A DNA stretch of 63,852 nt, filler included, from Perkinsus chesapeaki ATCC PRA-425 (taxonomy: Eukaryota > Protista > Perkinsozoa): NCBI GenBank assembly GCA_013115145.1. It is 10 parts of 10 records of this genome, joined end to end, with 100 filler letters (N's around TTAATTAATTAA, not from the genome) between each part and the next. Parts side by side here need not be neighbours in the genome. Positions count along the whole stretch, not along the records: positions 28,899 to 47,245 come from JAAPAO010000665.1; positions 47,346 to 55,703 come from JAAPAO010000978.1; 8 more parts are not named here. One strand, written 5' to 3'. Within the stretch, counting starts at the first letter, position 1. Each line of letters opens with the position of its first letter. The position numbers were made by a program, and so were the translations under genes. The notes under the pieces are model-generated. The model had not been told where the DNA came from and searched no databases. It was given only the letters and a program-made list of their open reading frames with translations. Positions 36,999 to 50,092 of this stretch are shown here, piece by piece.

Positions 36999-38640
36999 TC
37001 AGTTATAATTGGTACTTATACACGGTACTTGGTTATAATATTTCTTGTCAGGATCCATCCATTCATCAGGAGTATCTTTCCAGAAACTAAGCTGCCTAGT
37101 CTCAGAGGGTGGTCCATCAGACAAGATTAAGATGTTTCTAGCAGAGGCATTAGTGTACAATAGAGCTTTGTCGAACCCCAAGCTTCGGGCTCCTTCTTGA
37201 GAACCATCGGCTGTAGTCTCGTGTATCCCCGGTTGAACGTGCCAGTGTTCACTAGCCGAATGACAACTTGCTTGCTACTCAACTGCGCCTCTTCTAGGTC
37301 TTGTTATTAGAAACCACAGATCAACACTAAGTGGTAGCCACGGTTGCCCCAATCTGCCCGCAAAGTGTCCCCTTGTATCTGCTGCTTCAGTCACCTGCCG
37401 TCTACAAATTCTCAACATGTTATCTCAACGAGCCTTTCGTCGTCGCTTTGACTTTCCCTTATTCCAACTGTACAGTTATTGTGAGGAGACTCTCCGGTGT
37501 CTCATTTCACAATCTCCCAGGCAGCAGCGATTTCACTTTTATCAACTCAAAACTGACAACTCATCAACAACAAGCGATCACGTCTTGCTCATCGGATCAC
37601 GTTTTGGTGTAAAATAGGTAGCTGTAAATTCTCGTCCCTAGAGCACATCCATCTCGACTAACCTTACTGCAATCATATCTTACCGCCTTGAAACCTTTCC
37701 TGTAAGCAGGATGATAGCCGAATTCTCGCTTCAATAAATTAACCCCTTTCTGATGCTTATCTCGAGCTGCATGATACTGCCCTTCCAGAAACGATTCCAT
37801 ACCTGCCAAACTACGTCCAACCGAATCTTCTACCGCCGCGAGTGATGTCAATACGAGGAGGAGCGGACAAAAACCTCGTCAGCCACAGAAGGTTTCGCGT
37901 TCATTTCACGGTGTCCCGAAAACACTATCTCCGCGATCCGGTACAATCGAGAACTTGATGTCCTATTACTGTATGTGTGAGAGTCATGTAGCAGATGCAG
38001 CTGTATGCCCACTAAGGTTCTAAACGAGCATACCATTGACGAGGACGACGCATACCATAATTGACTTCAATCCCAAAAGAGAGAGGAACCTCGCCAGTCG
38101 CAGTTCCCTATTTATTTTATGGTGTCCCGACAGCACTAATTCCACGGATGATGTGGTGTATTCATAAGAAAACCTCCAAGTGGAATCTCCTTGTCGATAT
38201 TACGGAGAGTCAGCTACCCCTGCCAAAAGAACAGGATTTTCCATTCCACCGCGTCCTATATCTACCGAGAGTCGCTCGCAAGGGTTAGGCCACAGAATAT
38301 AGTGTAGGTTTGCTGCGACGGTCTCGGGAAAATATACATACACGCATAATTGTGAAATTAGAAATTCAGATACACCCCGTAACCAGCATCCCTTAACCCG
38401 GCCCGTACCATCAAACTTCTCCATCACCCCGCCAAGGGAAGCTTCACTGCTCATAGATGCGATGAATGCTTCATCTCTCTCTATCTCACACTGCAGCTTC
38501 GCACGATGCCTGACACATACGATGTACACTGCTGCTGCTGCCACCACCTACTACCCACACTACTTGTTAAGATGCGCCAAATGTCGTCTCATGTCCCTTA
38601 GACCATTCTCATCGGTCCTTATCTCCATCCGTAATCGTTG
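36999..38640 (-). CDS. Hypothetical multi-exon protein
   Basis: Protein-like segments (MEIRTDENGLRDMRRHL; AKLQCEIERDEAFIASMSSE; DLEEAQLSSKQVVIRLVNTG) with plausible splice sites; model unresolved. Confidence 0.3.
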
Positions 38641-39481
38641 CAGCTGCCCCTCTAGCGTATTGGTAACACTAGCGCACTCGCCTGAGCTCCACCCCAGCTC
38701 CACAAGAACATAGTCGTTTTCCCGCATTACCTCCGGTTTTCTTCATCAACACGCCCAAGCTTGCCGACTTACGTAGAAGCGCTCGTCGTACCTTCATAAA
38801 ACGGTCCCATAATATTTAATATTCTTTCAGTCGAATTCAATTTTACTGGATACGTTCACAGCGAAACGTACTGTTGGCGCTGCGGTAAGCAAAGATAGCG
38901 GCGCGGTGCGGCGTCAGAGATTCATCCACCATCGCGGGAACTACTAAGGTTAAGTTTGCTGAAGTAGTTGGCGATGATTCACAAAACTCCTATCACCATA
39001 CAGGTCGAGGTCGAGCGTGGAAAAGTAACAGATATTCCACAACGTGACGGGACTGGCCAACTGACCCTTATAGAGGACCATTCCCATATGACCCATGAAA
39101 ACCTGTATACCTCTACCAAGGGGGTTCAGAGGGTTATAACAATCTCATTCACCCTGTACTGGCTGTGAACACCACCAGCCTGCCCTCAGGGGACAGGCTG
39201 TTGCACAATAAGAACAACAAGTAGAAGAGTTCCACGATCAAAATGATGTTGTCGATGATGAAGTTGTAAATAATGCCGCAGTATATCAAGTAGCCCCCCC
39301 CACAACCCTCGTATAGTAGTACCTCCTCCCCGGCTTGATTGGTTGTTGCTATTGGTGGAGCACCCACACCAAACTCCTTACTTGACATTATTATAAAAGC
39401 TACAACCGCCGCAGAGAACAACAGAGGATCCTTACGAATACAGCGGCCTGCCACCATTGCCTGCTTCATACAGGTGATGCT

Positions 39482-42400
39482 CTACGCGTCATCATCATCA
39501 TCATCATCATCACAGAAGACACGTTTTTTACCAGCACAACACTGTCGGGTTTTACGGGGCTCTGAAACGCTCTGTACTGTTCGAAACATAAACAATTCCC
39601 ATTCCTCAGTGTATAACGTGATAAATTTACAACAACTCAAAAACGAAGTCAATTGTAGAAGCGTATATAGTAGCAGACCAGCAGCAGCAGCCCCTTTGAC
39701 AGGGAAACCCGCCGTCAAATAACCTCTCACGATTGATCCGGCTGAAACAGATACAAATCGATCACCTGATCGATTTAACGAACTTACGATATGATAGTTT
39801 TCTAGCGGTTTGAAGTAGGGATGTAGCATCGCTTCTTTTGGTAAGATACGCGAAGCATGATCATACCGTAACATTTTATCCAGTAAATCTATCGACTCGT
39901 TGGACACCTAATCAACAACACCCTACAACAGCAATAATAATACATACTAGCATTTCATTATTCCTATTATTTCTATTACTGGCGAATACTATATTGAAGA
40001 TTGTATTATTAAAATTACCGACCTAATATACTTTTCAACACCTGCATCCCTCCAATTTCGTCGAATGTGACTCAGATTTGCTCCCAGTCTAAGATCTGAA
40101 GCTTCCTTTATTCCTAAAGTTCAGTACGGCGATAGGGTTGGACGCAGTCGTTGGATTTCACTTATAGAGGAAGGAAATAATGACTTCCCCATACAACCGA
40201 TGAACAGTTATATGAAATATCACCACATAACCAGTTACTAAGTGATAATATTTCCCGAAGTTCGACCTAATTATCGATACGCAGCCTCCACTGAAACAGA
40301 AAAAGTCTAGCATTGAAGAGTGATAACGGAAGTAATAACTTCGCACCTAACAGTTACTTCGAATTCTTACGTGTTGCCCAATGCCAGCAGACCTTAGCAC
40401 CACCGTCTGCCGACGTATACCGCCGATGTGATTTAACTACTAACGACTCAGTAAATTCACCAAGGCCCAGGCATGGACTTTTCAGTGACTTCTATGTACT
40501 TTATTAAGAAAATAATTTACTTCTCGAATGAATTTAGAGGGAAAGAACTCGAAGGAAATTGTTGTCTCTCAAAAATACCCCCCGCGGAGAATATATTATA
40601 TATAACGAAAACTCGCTGAATGTGAAAATCCCTTCTGAAAATCCTATTACCAAATGTTGATTCTCCGCCGTGATGAACTTCTGCCAAGGCTTCCGCGGGT
40701 GCCTTCCTAGGATATCGTCAAAGTTAGGATCGAGATCTGACATTGGATCGATCCCGCAACCAACAACACTAACCGCTAAAGCGTCACGTTGGACCATTAA
40801 ACAGCACCTTCGACTGGGACATATGTAGTCAATTAATAGCTGCTCTCAAAACCCATACGACATACATTTTTGCACGTGCTCCAAAATCCGCCCTGCACTT
40901 CATGAACCACCAATATTACCGAGGTCATATTTATCCAGATACTCGAAAAGCTCGTCTGTTCCCAACACACGAGCGATCTTCACCAGCTGATCGTAGTTGT
41001 CGTGACCTGAGATATTTACATAACTATCATTAGATCCCTTAGCCTTCCTATACAGTCCACTCGAGAAATGCAACAACATCATCAACGAATTTCTTCGGAA
41101 AATCTTCGTATTATTTCCCCATCAGACTGGGATATTTACTAATCTTTCCAATAGGAAATTATAGCTCCTATCATACCAGGATTTTATTCAACTAAAATTA
41201 CACCGACTTCCCCCCGCTGCGTTCGGATAAGCAGCATAATGGATCCCAAATGTCTTGTGTAGATTTGGATATATATTATTACCGTGGAAGAAGGGCTCCC
41301 TCCTAAATGTCATTCCAGCCAGCATGCAGCCTAAACTCCACATGTCCAAGGAGTAGTCGTATGTTTGCAGGTCGACAAGGAGCTCAGGGCCCTTATAGTA
41401 TCTAACAAGTACTAACAATAAATGAGCAAGGTCACAACAAGTCTATTTCTGAAACTTAACCTCAGCTTCCTAATAGATATGTATGTATTTAAATTACCCA
41501 GTCAAAAACAAATTAATAATACCGCATTTCCGTCAAATCATCCACATGTAGTATCGACACACTGGAGTTATATCACAGGTAATAAAAGCATATTAGATCG
41601 TCTAGTCACTAGACTCATAAACAGACAGATATATCACTAGACTCTAGTGTTATATTCTATTTACATGCCTATTCCACTAAACACCGACTCGTTTAGCAAA
41701 TTAATAATACCATATTTCCGCCAAATCATTATTACCTGCTAGCCACTCTAACATTATACTCTCTATGTGGATGATAGAACTCTGCCAGTCCCCAATCAAT
41801 CAGGCGCAGCTTACGGTGAGCATGATCTAATAGCCCAAAAATGCCGCATGCCGGGATCGAACCCACGCCTGCCCTTACCAATCATAATATTATGTGGTTT
41901 AACATCCCTATGCATTATCCCTTGCGAATGACAGAAGTCCAGCGCCTTCAATATTTCCCGCATGTAATACCTAACAGAAAAGCGGGCGCTATCTCTACCG
42001 ATTTGGATATTTTCGTGGACCTGATGTCCATATCTGTTAGGGTAGGATAAAGAGTCTTGAAATCGGTGTTGTCGACGTATTCAAATACCTATTAAAAAGA
42101 AGAGACATAAGTGATATCATGTCTCACAGTCTCACGAAAGCCTATATTCCAACCAACAGAAACGATTCCCAGTCCTACCAGACTCGGCGTCTTCGAGTTG
42201 GGATCCCGGACGACATCATAAAGCTCGACGATATTAGTTCCGCCACATAAGTTCTGAAGTATCTTGATCTCACGCTTGATCTTCTTCTTTTTCACCGGCT
42301 TCAGAATTTTGATCACGCATTTCTCGCCAGTGGGGACGCGAATTCCTACAGACAGCTAGAGGTGTCAGAAAGAAATCCCGACGAGAATGTCACCTTCGAA

Positions 42401-43013
42401 CACCTCCGAGTACTTTCCTCGCCCGATCTTGCGTATTACTTCATAATTATCTTGATTCCTGATAAAAAGGCAACCATAAAAGACACGCCGCGAAATCTCA
42501 GAAATATTTGGCGATAATGTATGTTACAAGCCAAGTAGTGAGACATCTTCAAGTACAGAATTTAAAAGGGTAAGCGAGCTAATCAATTACTAGTAGTGCT
42601 TATTAATTAATACAGTGATATGATGCCAATGTCATGTTGATAGATATAATAATATACGATACATTTCAATGAATATAGGCATCGGTCATGAACATAAAGA
42701 CTACTAGTAATTATTAATAAAAGCGACTCGCCATAAAGAGGACGCGCACACTTATTGTTGATAACATCTACAAGTTAACAACTGTATATTAGCTGGGAGA
42801 TTTTGGATTGAGTTGATCCCATTATTACCCCCAATTGACAGTGAGTGCCTCATAGTCCCAGTATTCTTTGGGTCGCTTCTCATTCACATCCGCATAATAA
42901 CGAGGAAGAGCTTGAGCTGCATTAGCTATAACAAAGACAACCTATCTTGTATCGTGCACGCATGGAGCTAAGATACTACCTGTTGCGCTGCTGCTTTCAG
43001 GCATCGTTGTCAT
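39482..43013 (-). CDS. CK2A: Casein kinase II catalytic subunit alpha, multi-exon
   Basis: [16 protein letters not shown]; [11 protein letters not shown]; [21 protein letters not shown]; [31 protein letters not shown]; [10 protein letters not shown]; [16 protein letters not shown]; [25 protein letters not shown]. The 3' end is the outer ORF stop and may be shorter if spliced. Confidence 0.97.
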
Positions 43014-46000
43014 TGTACAGTATCCTTCTCTCAGATTACTAGTCGAGAATCGATTCAAAGCCGAGAAATTTGGTTTGGATTTCCGGCTTAAATTCGGTGG
43101 TCGTGAAAATAGCGAATATCCAACTTGAGGAATCGATACTAGATTGGATAGGCCTCTTGAGTGTTGTAGGATATTGATGGCTGGGGGAGCCCAATAATAA
43201 CAAGAGGACCCTGAAGATAATACTAATCAACCTCCCAAGGATCTTGCAAGGTTCGAGTTTGGATACGTCAGAATCCTTTCCTGTGATCCTAAGAATATGA
43301 AGATTCCCCGAAGGTTAATTCGTGTACCCCATGGCCCAGCCCACACACGTCTCATTCGAGGAATGATTCTAAAATAATATAGTGCTACTCAAGGTCACTC
43401 AAGAGATGCTGTACCATAATAGACGTCACCTCTTCTCACTCCACTTCGTCATATTAATGCGTAAGGAATAAAAATTGAGGAAATGTAAGAGTGCAAGATT
43501 CCTAATTATCGTACAGCTGTTGGCAGTAAAAGTTGTTGTTGACATTATTGACAATGACAGCAGTGAAAGCACCATCACTAGATACCCTAGGAGCTAAGGG
43601 TAGTCATCGAGTCAACCTTATGCGTATCTTACCTGCTTCGACGTCAGATACTCTGCACGCAAGTATTATCTCCCGCAGTCTGTCCCTCGATTCTGGAGTA
43701 TCTTCTCTGATACGTGAGGCTCCCCCTCATCGCTCCAAGAGTGATACTAATTGGTAAGCTTCTCCCCTTGTATTCCATACTATCTATTTTAGTGCCGTTG
43801 ACCCTCGGGCCTCCACTAAGCCATCTCCAAGTTGCCTAGATACGTCTGCGGTAAGCCCACCCCCGGCCTTGTATAAAATCATCCAAGTGATTTTCAGGAC
43901 GCTCTCGAGTGGTCTGCCAACCGAAACGATCCCAGTTGGTGCGAACGAGCCATCAATGCTCCTTGTTTCACCCCAACTTCAATCTGGACGCCCACAGTTG
44001 CCGAGAGCAACTCCTCGGCGGTGCGCACTATAAAAGATTCTTATGTAAAGATTCATCAGGTTAATGATTATCAGCCGCAATATTACGGCGAAGTAGACGC
44101 TCATCCGCACTTACATCAACCCAAGTCGTCACATGCCCCTCCGACACTTTCAGAGGGTAGGTCCTTAACAGATGTTATTTTTTTCGATAAAAAATTCTCC
44201 CGTGAAAAAAATTTCTATTAGGATTCCGTGAGACATTAGGGAGATTGAAGTTAAGAAAAGTGGGAATTATTATTCCTATCGAAATTCATTTCCGGGAGAC
44301 CCTGGGGTTCTCTAACCACCACAGAGACACTACGCCTTGGGTTCATCTTCTATTTTATATCATATACATTATCTGTGACCACCATCAACAAGCCAAAGAT
44401 ATAGAGTCGTTCACAGTCAGGTTTAAACTGCGACAATTGTATAGCATTTTAACCCAATTTTTATTTCCTATATCTCATGTACAATCCTTCGTTTTCACAA
44501 AGTACATTATTAATATATACCACCACCACCTAATCTTTATTATGTCAGGTCGAGGGGGTTACATGTACTACAGCACAGTAGGAACCCCATCTGTAGGAGT
44601 GGGCGCCTCAAGTCTACCTTCACCGATGAACTGCGTCACCCCTAATAGTGTCAGCAAGACGCCTCTCTATATAAGCGATCATCTCCCTGAGCATGTCATC
44701 AGTAATCGACACAGTAATCGAAGTGGTGCTGATGACGCTCAGGACATCGACCGTGAGTGTTGTTGGAAGCTGGGTTGTCTTGTTTATTATATATATTATA
44801 TCGTTCAACGTATAGTATTAATAACTGTTATATAGTTTGATGTTATATTGTCTATTTTTATATGTTTATATTTTTATTATTGCATCCCCAGCAGTGTGAT
44901 AATAAACTGATTCTCTAATCCACCACATGCTTAATTTCTATCGCCAAACTGTGGCTCGGTCACAGTGAGTGTTTGTCACGCTGTAATATATGTCAGCCGA
45001 TCGCCTCATCAAAAGGTATTTTTCTTTTGTGGGCACGAGGGAATTTCATGGTTGTTTTCCCGTTGCGCACGTAAGAGATCCTCTCCTATCCGTTACTTGT
45101 CGTCCATAGCGGATTCGCAACTTTATTATATTACTGGTTTCGGCTGTGCTATACATACCAAAACTTTCAGGATTCCGTGGTCAACTCCACCAGCTCGGTG
45201 TCCGTGATCCTCAAGAGCAAGTAGCCACGGCTAGGTTATTGATTAACACAGCAAGAGGCATCGACGAGCTGAGTCGGAGGCTGGGAAAGCCTGTTGTTGG
45301 AGAGCTCGTACAGTTATTGCTGTTGGAAAGGAATGGCAGTGATGGGGTGAGCTGGGGTGAATCAGGATTCGAGATTTTAGTGCAAGTCGATGATTTATAT
45401 CACTTCTATCTTCTTTAATCATATCATTGCCTCCGCTTCAACGTTTAAGTTGCACCTCTCTACGATATTTGGTTTTCACAGAAAATATATCCAAAAAGGC
45501 TTTTAAGGGAGCGCACGCTTCGAACCCTAGTTTATACTTCATCTTTTTATATTCCCTTTATCATCTGCTAGTTCTTTTTCAGGCATCCTCGAATATCGAG
45601 TCGACCCCCTCAACTGCAGATGAAGAACTTCTTCCTGTTGGTCTACTTGAGCTTGAATGACTAACCTTCATCACTCTCTCAGTTGACTATCTCCGTTACC
45701 ATCACTGCTATAATAATAATACTACTCAGTCGTTATCGTTCAATCCTGAATTTTTCCTCGGGTCACATTCTACATTATGAGATGCTTGTTCTTGTTGTAG
45801 TTGATGAGGAAAGTAGTAGTAGAAGAATAATCGTTAGGCTTGGCTTTCACCTACTAGTCTTTGCCCACGTGTTCTGTTGTATTATTTCCCTCAACTGATT
45901 ATCCTAGTAAGGGTCCCACTTCCTGGGCACTAGCTGTAAGTCCCTGAGAAGCCCCCTTTAGCGTGTCTCATGGTGGCGGTGATCCGTAGACTTAGTCGTT

Positions 46001-47096
46001 ATTATCTGAAGATTACGTCATCGCTGAATTGTTTATTCGTGATGGTGTAGTACATAAATTGACATATCCTGCGATTGTCTTCGTCCTTATCAAATTACTG
46101 CTGCTAGTACTAAACTACAATCTACTCTACCATGCATTGTACATTTCATTACAAATAAAATGCCATTAGTCAATAACGCGCATAAAAATAAGGAATATTA
46201 TTCCCAACGTTTCCAATGTATCTTTTTGATTGAGTTACTATAGTGAAACTTGGGAACTAAGTCAGTTTACTGAAACTGGAAGAGACAGCTTAACCTGTGT
46301 ACAAGTAGCTGCTAGTGAGCGTTGCTTTGTTCTTGTCGCTGCAAAGGTGAGGGTACTTCTAGATGGCACCAGTATACCTTAAGAGTCTCGCGGCTGGCTT
46401 ATTGAGGGGTGTGAACATAGGCCACTATAAGACGCCACACGCTTCATCATATGGGGCAACTCCATACATCAAACGGGCATTCAACTGGATCATTGCCCAA
46501 TGATGTGGAAGTCCTTTTTGGGAGGTTGGCAAGCGTCCGAAGCTAGCCTTCTAGACAGACTGCCGAGCTACTAATTAAAGTGGAGCTTTATGTGAGACGC
46601 TACCTCCATAGCCTTCGCCGTCCTACAAGGCCAAAAGCTCTGTCAGGCCCATATAAATGATTATGCATTGGACAGAGTTCGAACCTGGGCTAGCAGGTTT
46701 CAAACTAGCGGCACCGCCTCCTGACCAGAGGATCCCCAGGATTCCTGGGCCAGGAATACCAGCTACACCCAATAGCTGTCAGCCATCGAGATAGCTAAAG
46801 CAGTTCGATAAACCCCGCATGGGTTTTCGAAAGGTCACGTCTGGTTGAAACGATAATACTCGCTCAAGTATACAACAGCTGTTTCATTACTACGCAACAA
46901 GATAAGTATTAAGTAGGAATAGGACAATAGTCTGTTATGTTTGACCACATTAAGTAATACTACCATATTATTATTATCTGATGTACACCAGAAAAGTATG
47001 ATAAGTATTAAATCATACTATGACAATTACAATGTAAAAATAAAACCGGATAACAATTACATTACTCATATTATACGATGATGAGTTATACATTAT

Positions 47097-47245
47097 TTAA
47101 ACGACATCGTTAGATAGACAATCATCAGCCTTAACAGCTTCACGATCAGCTTCAGCCCTCCTAGCTGCATTATTAATAGCAACCCTATTAAAATAGGGAA
47201 TCATAGAAACTGATGCAACAGCACCAACAACACATAATGCAACGA
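47097..47245 (-). CDS. C-terminal fragment of a membrane protein (possibly a transporter), cut by a gap
   Basis: Open frame from the gap: VALCVVGAVASVSMIPYFNRVAINNAARRAEADREAVKADDCLSNDVV*, a transmembrane helix followed by a charged tail. Confidence 0.45.
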
Positions 47246-48097
47246 NNNNNNNNNNNNNNNNNNNNNNNNNNNNNNNNNNNNNNNNNNNNTTAATTAATTA
47301 ANNNNNNNNNNNNNNNNNNNNNNNNNNNNNNNNNNNNNNNNNNNNCTCCGGCAGTATAATTTTGAAACTCCTCCGAATATACCTTCAAAATTTCATCATC
47401 AAACACTTCCTGGTTCGGAAGAAACTCCCATTCGAAATTGGATGAAAAGTTATGGGACACCCTTTAGTGTCACAGTAACTACCCCTTTTCCAAGAGAAGA
47501 TTTCCTCTATCAAACTAAGCCTTTTGTCAATCAATTTGAAAAGAGGTTCTATATCGGATTTTTTTCAGAACTTCGTCACTTTAAAAACGCACGTCAGTCG
47601 ATTTAGATCGAGTATCGCAGAAGTCACAGAAGGAGACATGCAGTATGCTACTTGAGCGCGAAGAGCCAATACATCCTTGGCGAATGGCAAGCGGTAAGAA
47701 TGACAGCACCATGAAGCCAGGTTTATACCGTGTTATAGTACAATATTGCGCAGATTGCGTGTAAAGACTCTTTGACTGGGTCTGCGGGCCACAACGTCAT
47801 GCGTGAATCATATCATGTGTATCGTTTGCATCTCTTCAAATCAGCCGTTTGGGCGATACGGATGTCTGTTTCTTTACTTTTTGAGAGGCTTGCGTTGCCA
47901 GGTTTGGTAAGTCCGGCGGGAAATCACAACCAGTTCAAAATGAATGTGAAATGTTTTAAATTCATTACTACCAATTAAGTCGATTTTGGCGATAATTGGT
48001 TGAGTTATAGATAAATATTAAAGCACCGGGTACTCAGTATCCTGCACTATCTTTTAAGTTTCGTGAAGATATTTGATTCAAGTAAAACCGGGTTAAC

Positions 48098-48457
48098 TTA
48101 ATAGACCAAAGTTTGTTTGTTGTAAGCTATCTGGAAGTGTTGTTTAGCGGACAGCTCGGGGAACAGAATGTCTTGTTGAAGGCAGACGCCCACCAAAGGG
48201 CGGGGATTAACTCGTCCATCGGCAGAAGATAGGAAGTTGATCTCGCCATTATCAGGATTGAGCTCGCCACATAGCATTCTGATGAGCGTTGTTTTGCCGG
48301 CACCATTATGGCCAAGGAGACCAAGAATTTCGCCTTTCCCTACCTTGAAGGATACCTTGTCTACAGCAACCAATATTGATTTCAAGGTCGCTCCAGCGGC
48401 CTCCAGCAGCGCCCCACCAAACTTGTATAAAGTACAGAGCTGCGCTACACATGTCAA
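48098..48457 (-). pseudogene. Truncated ABC transporter (ABCA-like) nucleotide-binding domain fragment
   Basis: [35 protein letters not shown] (Walker A) and [20 protein letters not shown] (Q-loop region). No signature motif or Walker B found downstream in this contig. Confidence 0.7.
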
Positions 48458-48670
48458 GTCTGGGTCTATCTTGGCCTTAAAAAGGCAGAACCCGAATTTA
48501 TTAACCGAGAATGGTCAACTCAACAGCGTACGGCTCTCAGATGAAAACGAGATGCCGTACTGAGGGAGATATCTGATTTTGTAGTTGTCCAAGCAACCAA
48601 GAGAAAGACGCTGTCATCAATATGACGAGCACCAGGCATGAAAATAAGGGAGACCTAGCTTGCCAGCCCG

Positions 48671-49567
48671 TCATTTCTTCCTCAGGATGGACACTCCATC
48701 CGAGATACATAGCATAGAGCTTTCAACACGCTCATCGGCATGAATTTTCTTGTTTAACGTATCAATAGCTCTTCCTTCTTCATGATTCTTGTCCAAAACC
48801 GCCCCATGAAACAGGGTATTATCAACAGCAATGAGCCCCGTTCCTGGCTTCACCAACTTCAATGCCCACTCATAATAGGCATCATAATCATCCTTGTTGG
48901 CGTCGATAAAGATAAAGTCGAAGGTACCGCTGCCATTTTCATCTTCATAGATTTTCCTCATACCATCAACTGCATTCCCGACTCTTATTTCGATGCGATC
49001 AGCTACGCCCATTTCTGCCCAGAACTCCTCGGCATCAACTTCGTCCAGGTAATCCTTGGTGATATCGAGTCCGATGACTTTGCCGCCATCACCGACACCC
49101 TGGGCTAGATAAGCGGTAGTGGAGCCTCGAAATACTCCAACCTAGAAGGGATGATGAATGACGCGAATCTCGTTGAAGTTATCACTTCAAGAGCTTTCTT
49201 GGCACCTGTGGCGTGCATGAGAAGCCTAAAGAATTGGGCTTCATCAGAACCACCGACCATCCCAGATTTGTCCTTCTTGGCAATCTTGGTAAAAAAAGCG
49301 CGCTCCATCGGCGACATCCTAAGATGATAAAAAATAACAATATATTACTAGTAATCTTATATTCGCTGGCCATCTTGGCTACGAGTGCGATACGGTACCT
49401 TCCACTGGGAAATAATACTTCACGATGGATTTCTATGGGAATGGACTTCACGAAAATACTCCACATGTGGTGAACCTTGTCACATGCATACTTTACAATA
49501 GCCTTCTACATAAACTTCCAATAAGCTGAGACTGCACAGTTACCGGGAGGTGAAAACGAGAGACCAT
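48671..49567 (-). CDS. Class I SAM-dependent O-methyltransferase (caffeoyl-CoA/catechol OMT family, Methyltransf_3)
   Basis: GAKKALE|VGVFRGST..GGKVIGLDI..MGVADRIEIRVGNA..GTFDFIFIDANKDDYDAYYEWALKLVKPGTGLIAVDNTLFHGAV..ESSMLCISDGVSILRKK. First exon tentative. Confidence 0.9.
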
Positions 49568-50092
49568 GCAACGTTGAATTATATTATCAGAAAATATCAT
49601 CAGTAAAGTGAGCAAGTACATAGCAGCAGACTAAATAACTTCCATAAAGCTGCACCCTTACCTTATAGAGTTATCATAATAGTAAGGGGTAAGCTCTGGT
49701 ACATTAGCAATTGTGGGGGGATGGCTCGGCTTGAAATAATTAGGCGAAGGCATTAAGCGAAATATTCTGACTAAAATTATTTGTCAACCTTAAGCCTTGG
49801 CAAGCCCGATCAGCAAAGTTTGCGGGGTACATACTAGAAAAGCTCCCATAACTCCCTGCTCGTATCTTCTAATAGGGAGTACGCACGCGTTGATGTGTCC
49901 CAAAAATCTTGCATACTTAGGCGTCCTCGTATTTCCTCAACGTCTTCATCCGGTTTGACCTTTGTCGTCATGTCTATGCCTAACGAAAGCTCTCCTAGAT
50001 CTCCAGATGGACTGGTTGGGCCTTTCGCTCGGTGATTTCTAGCACGAGACAATCCAGTGGCTAAAGCAGCCCAAAATATCTTCATTAGGGTG

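Noticed and set aside
49369-49380. Relict spliced-leader match (gccatcttggct; shorter matches near 20580 and 33091)
   Set aside because: Only 11-12 nt of the 22-nt Perkinsus-type leader as I recall it, and this match is antisense inside an intron; too short to call.
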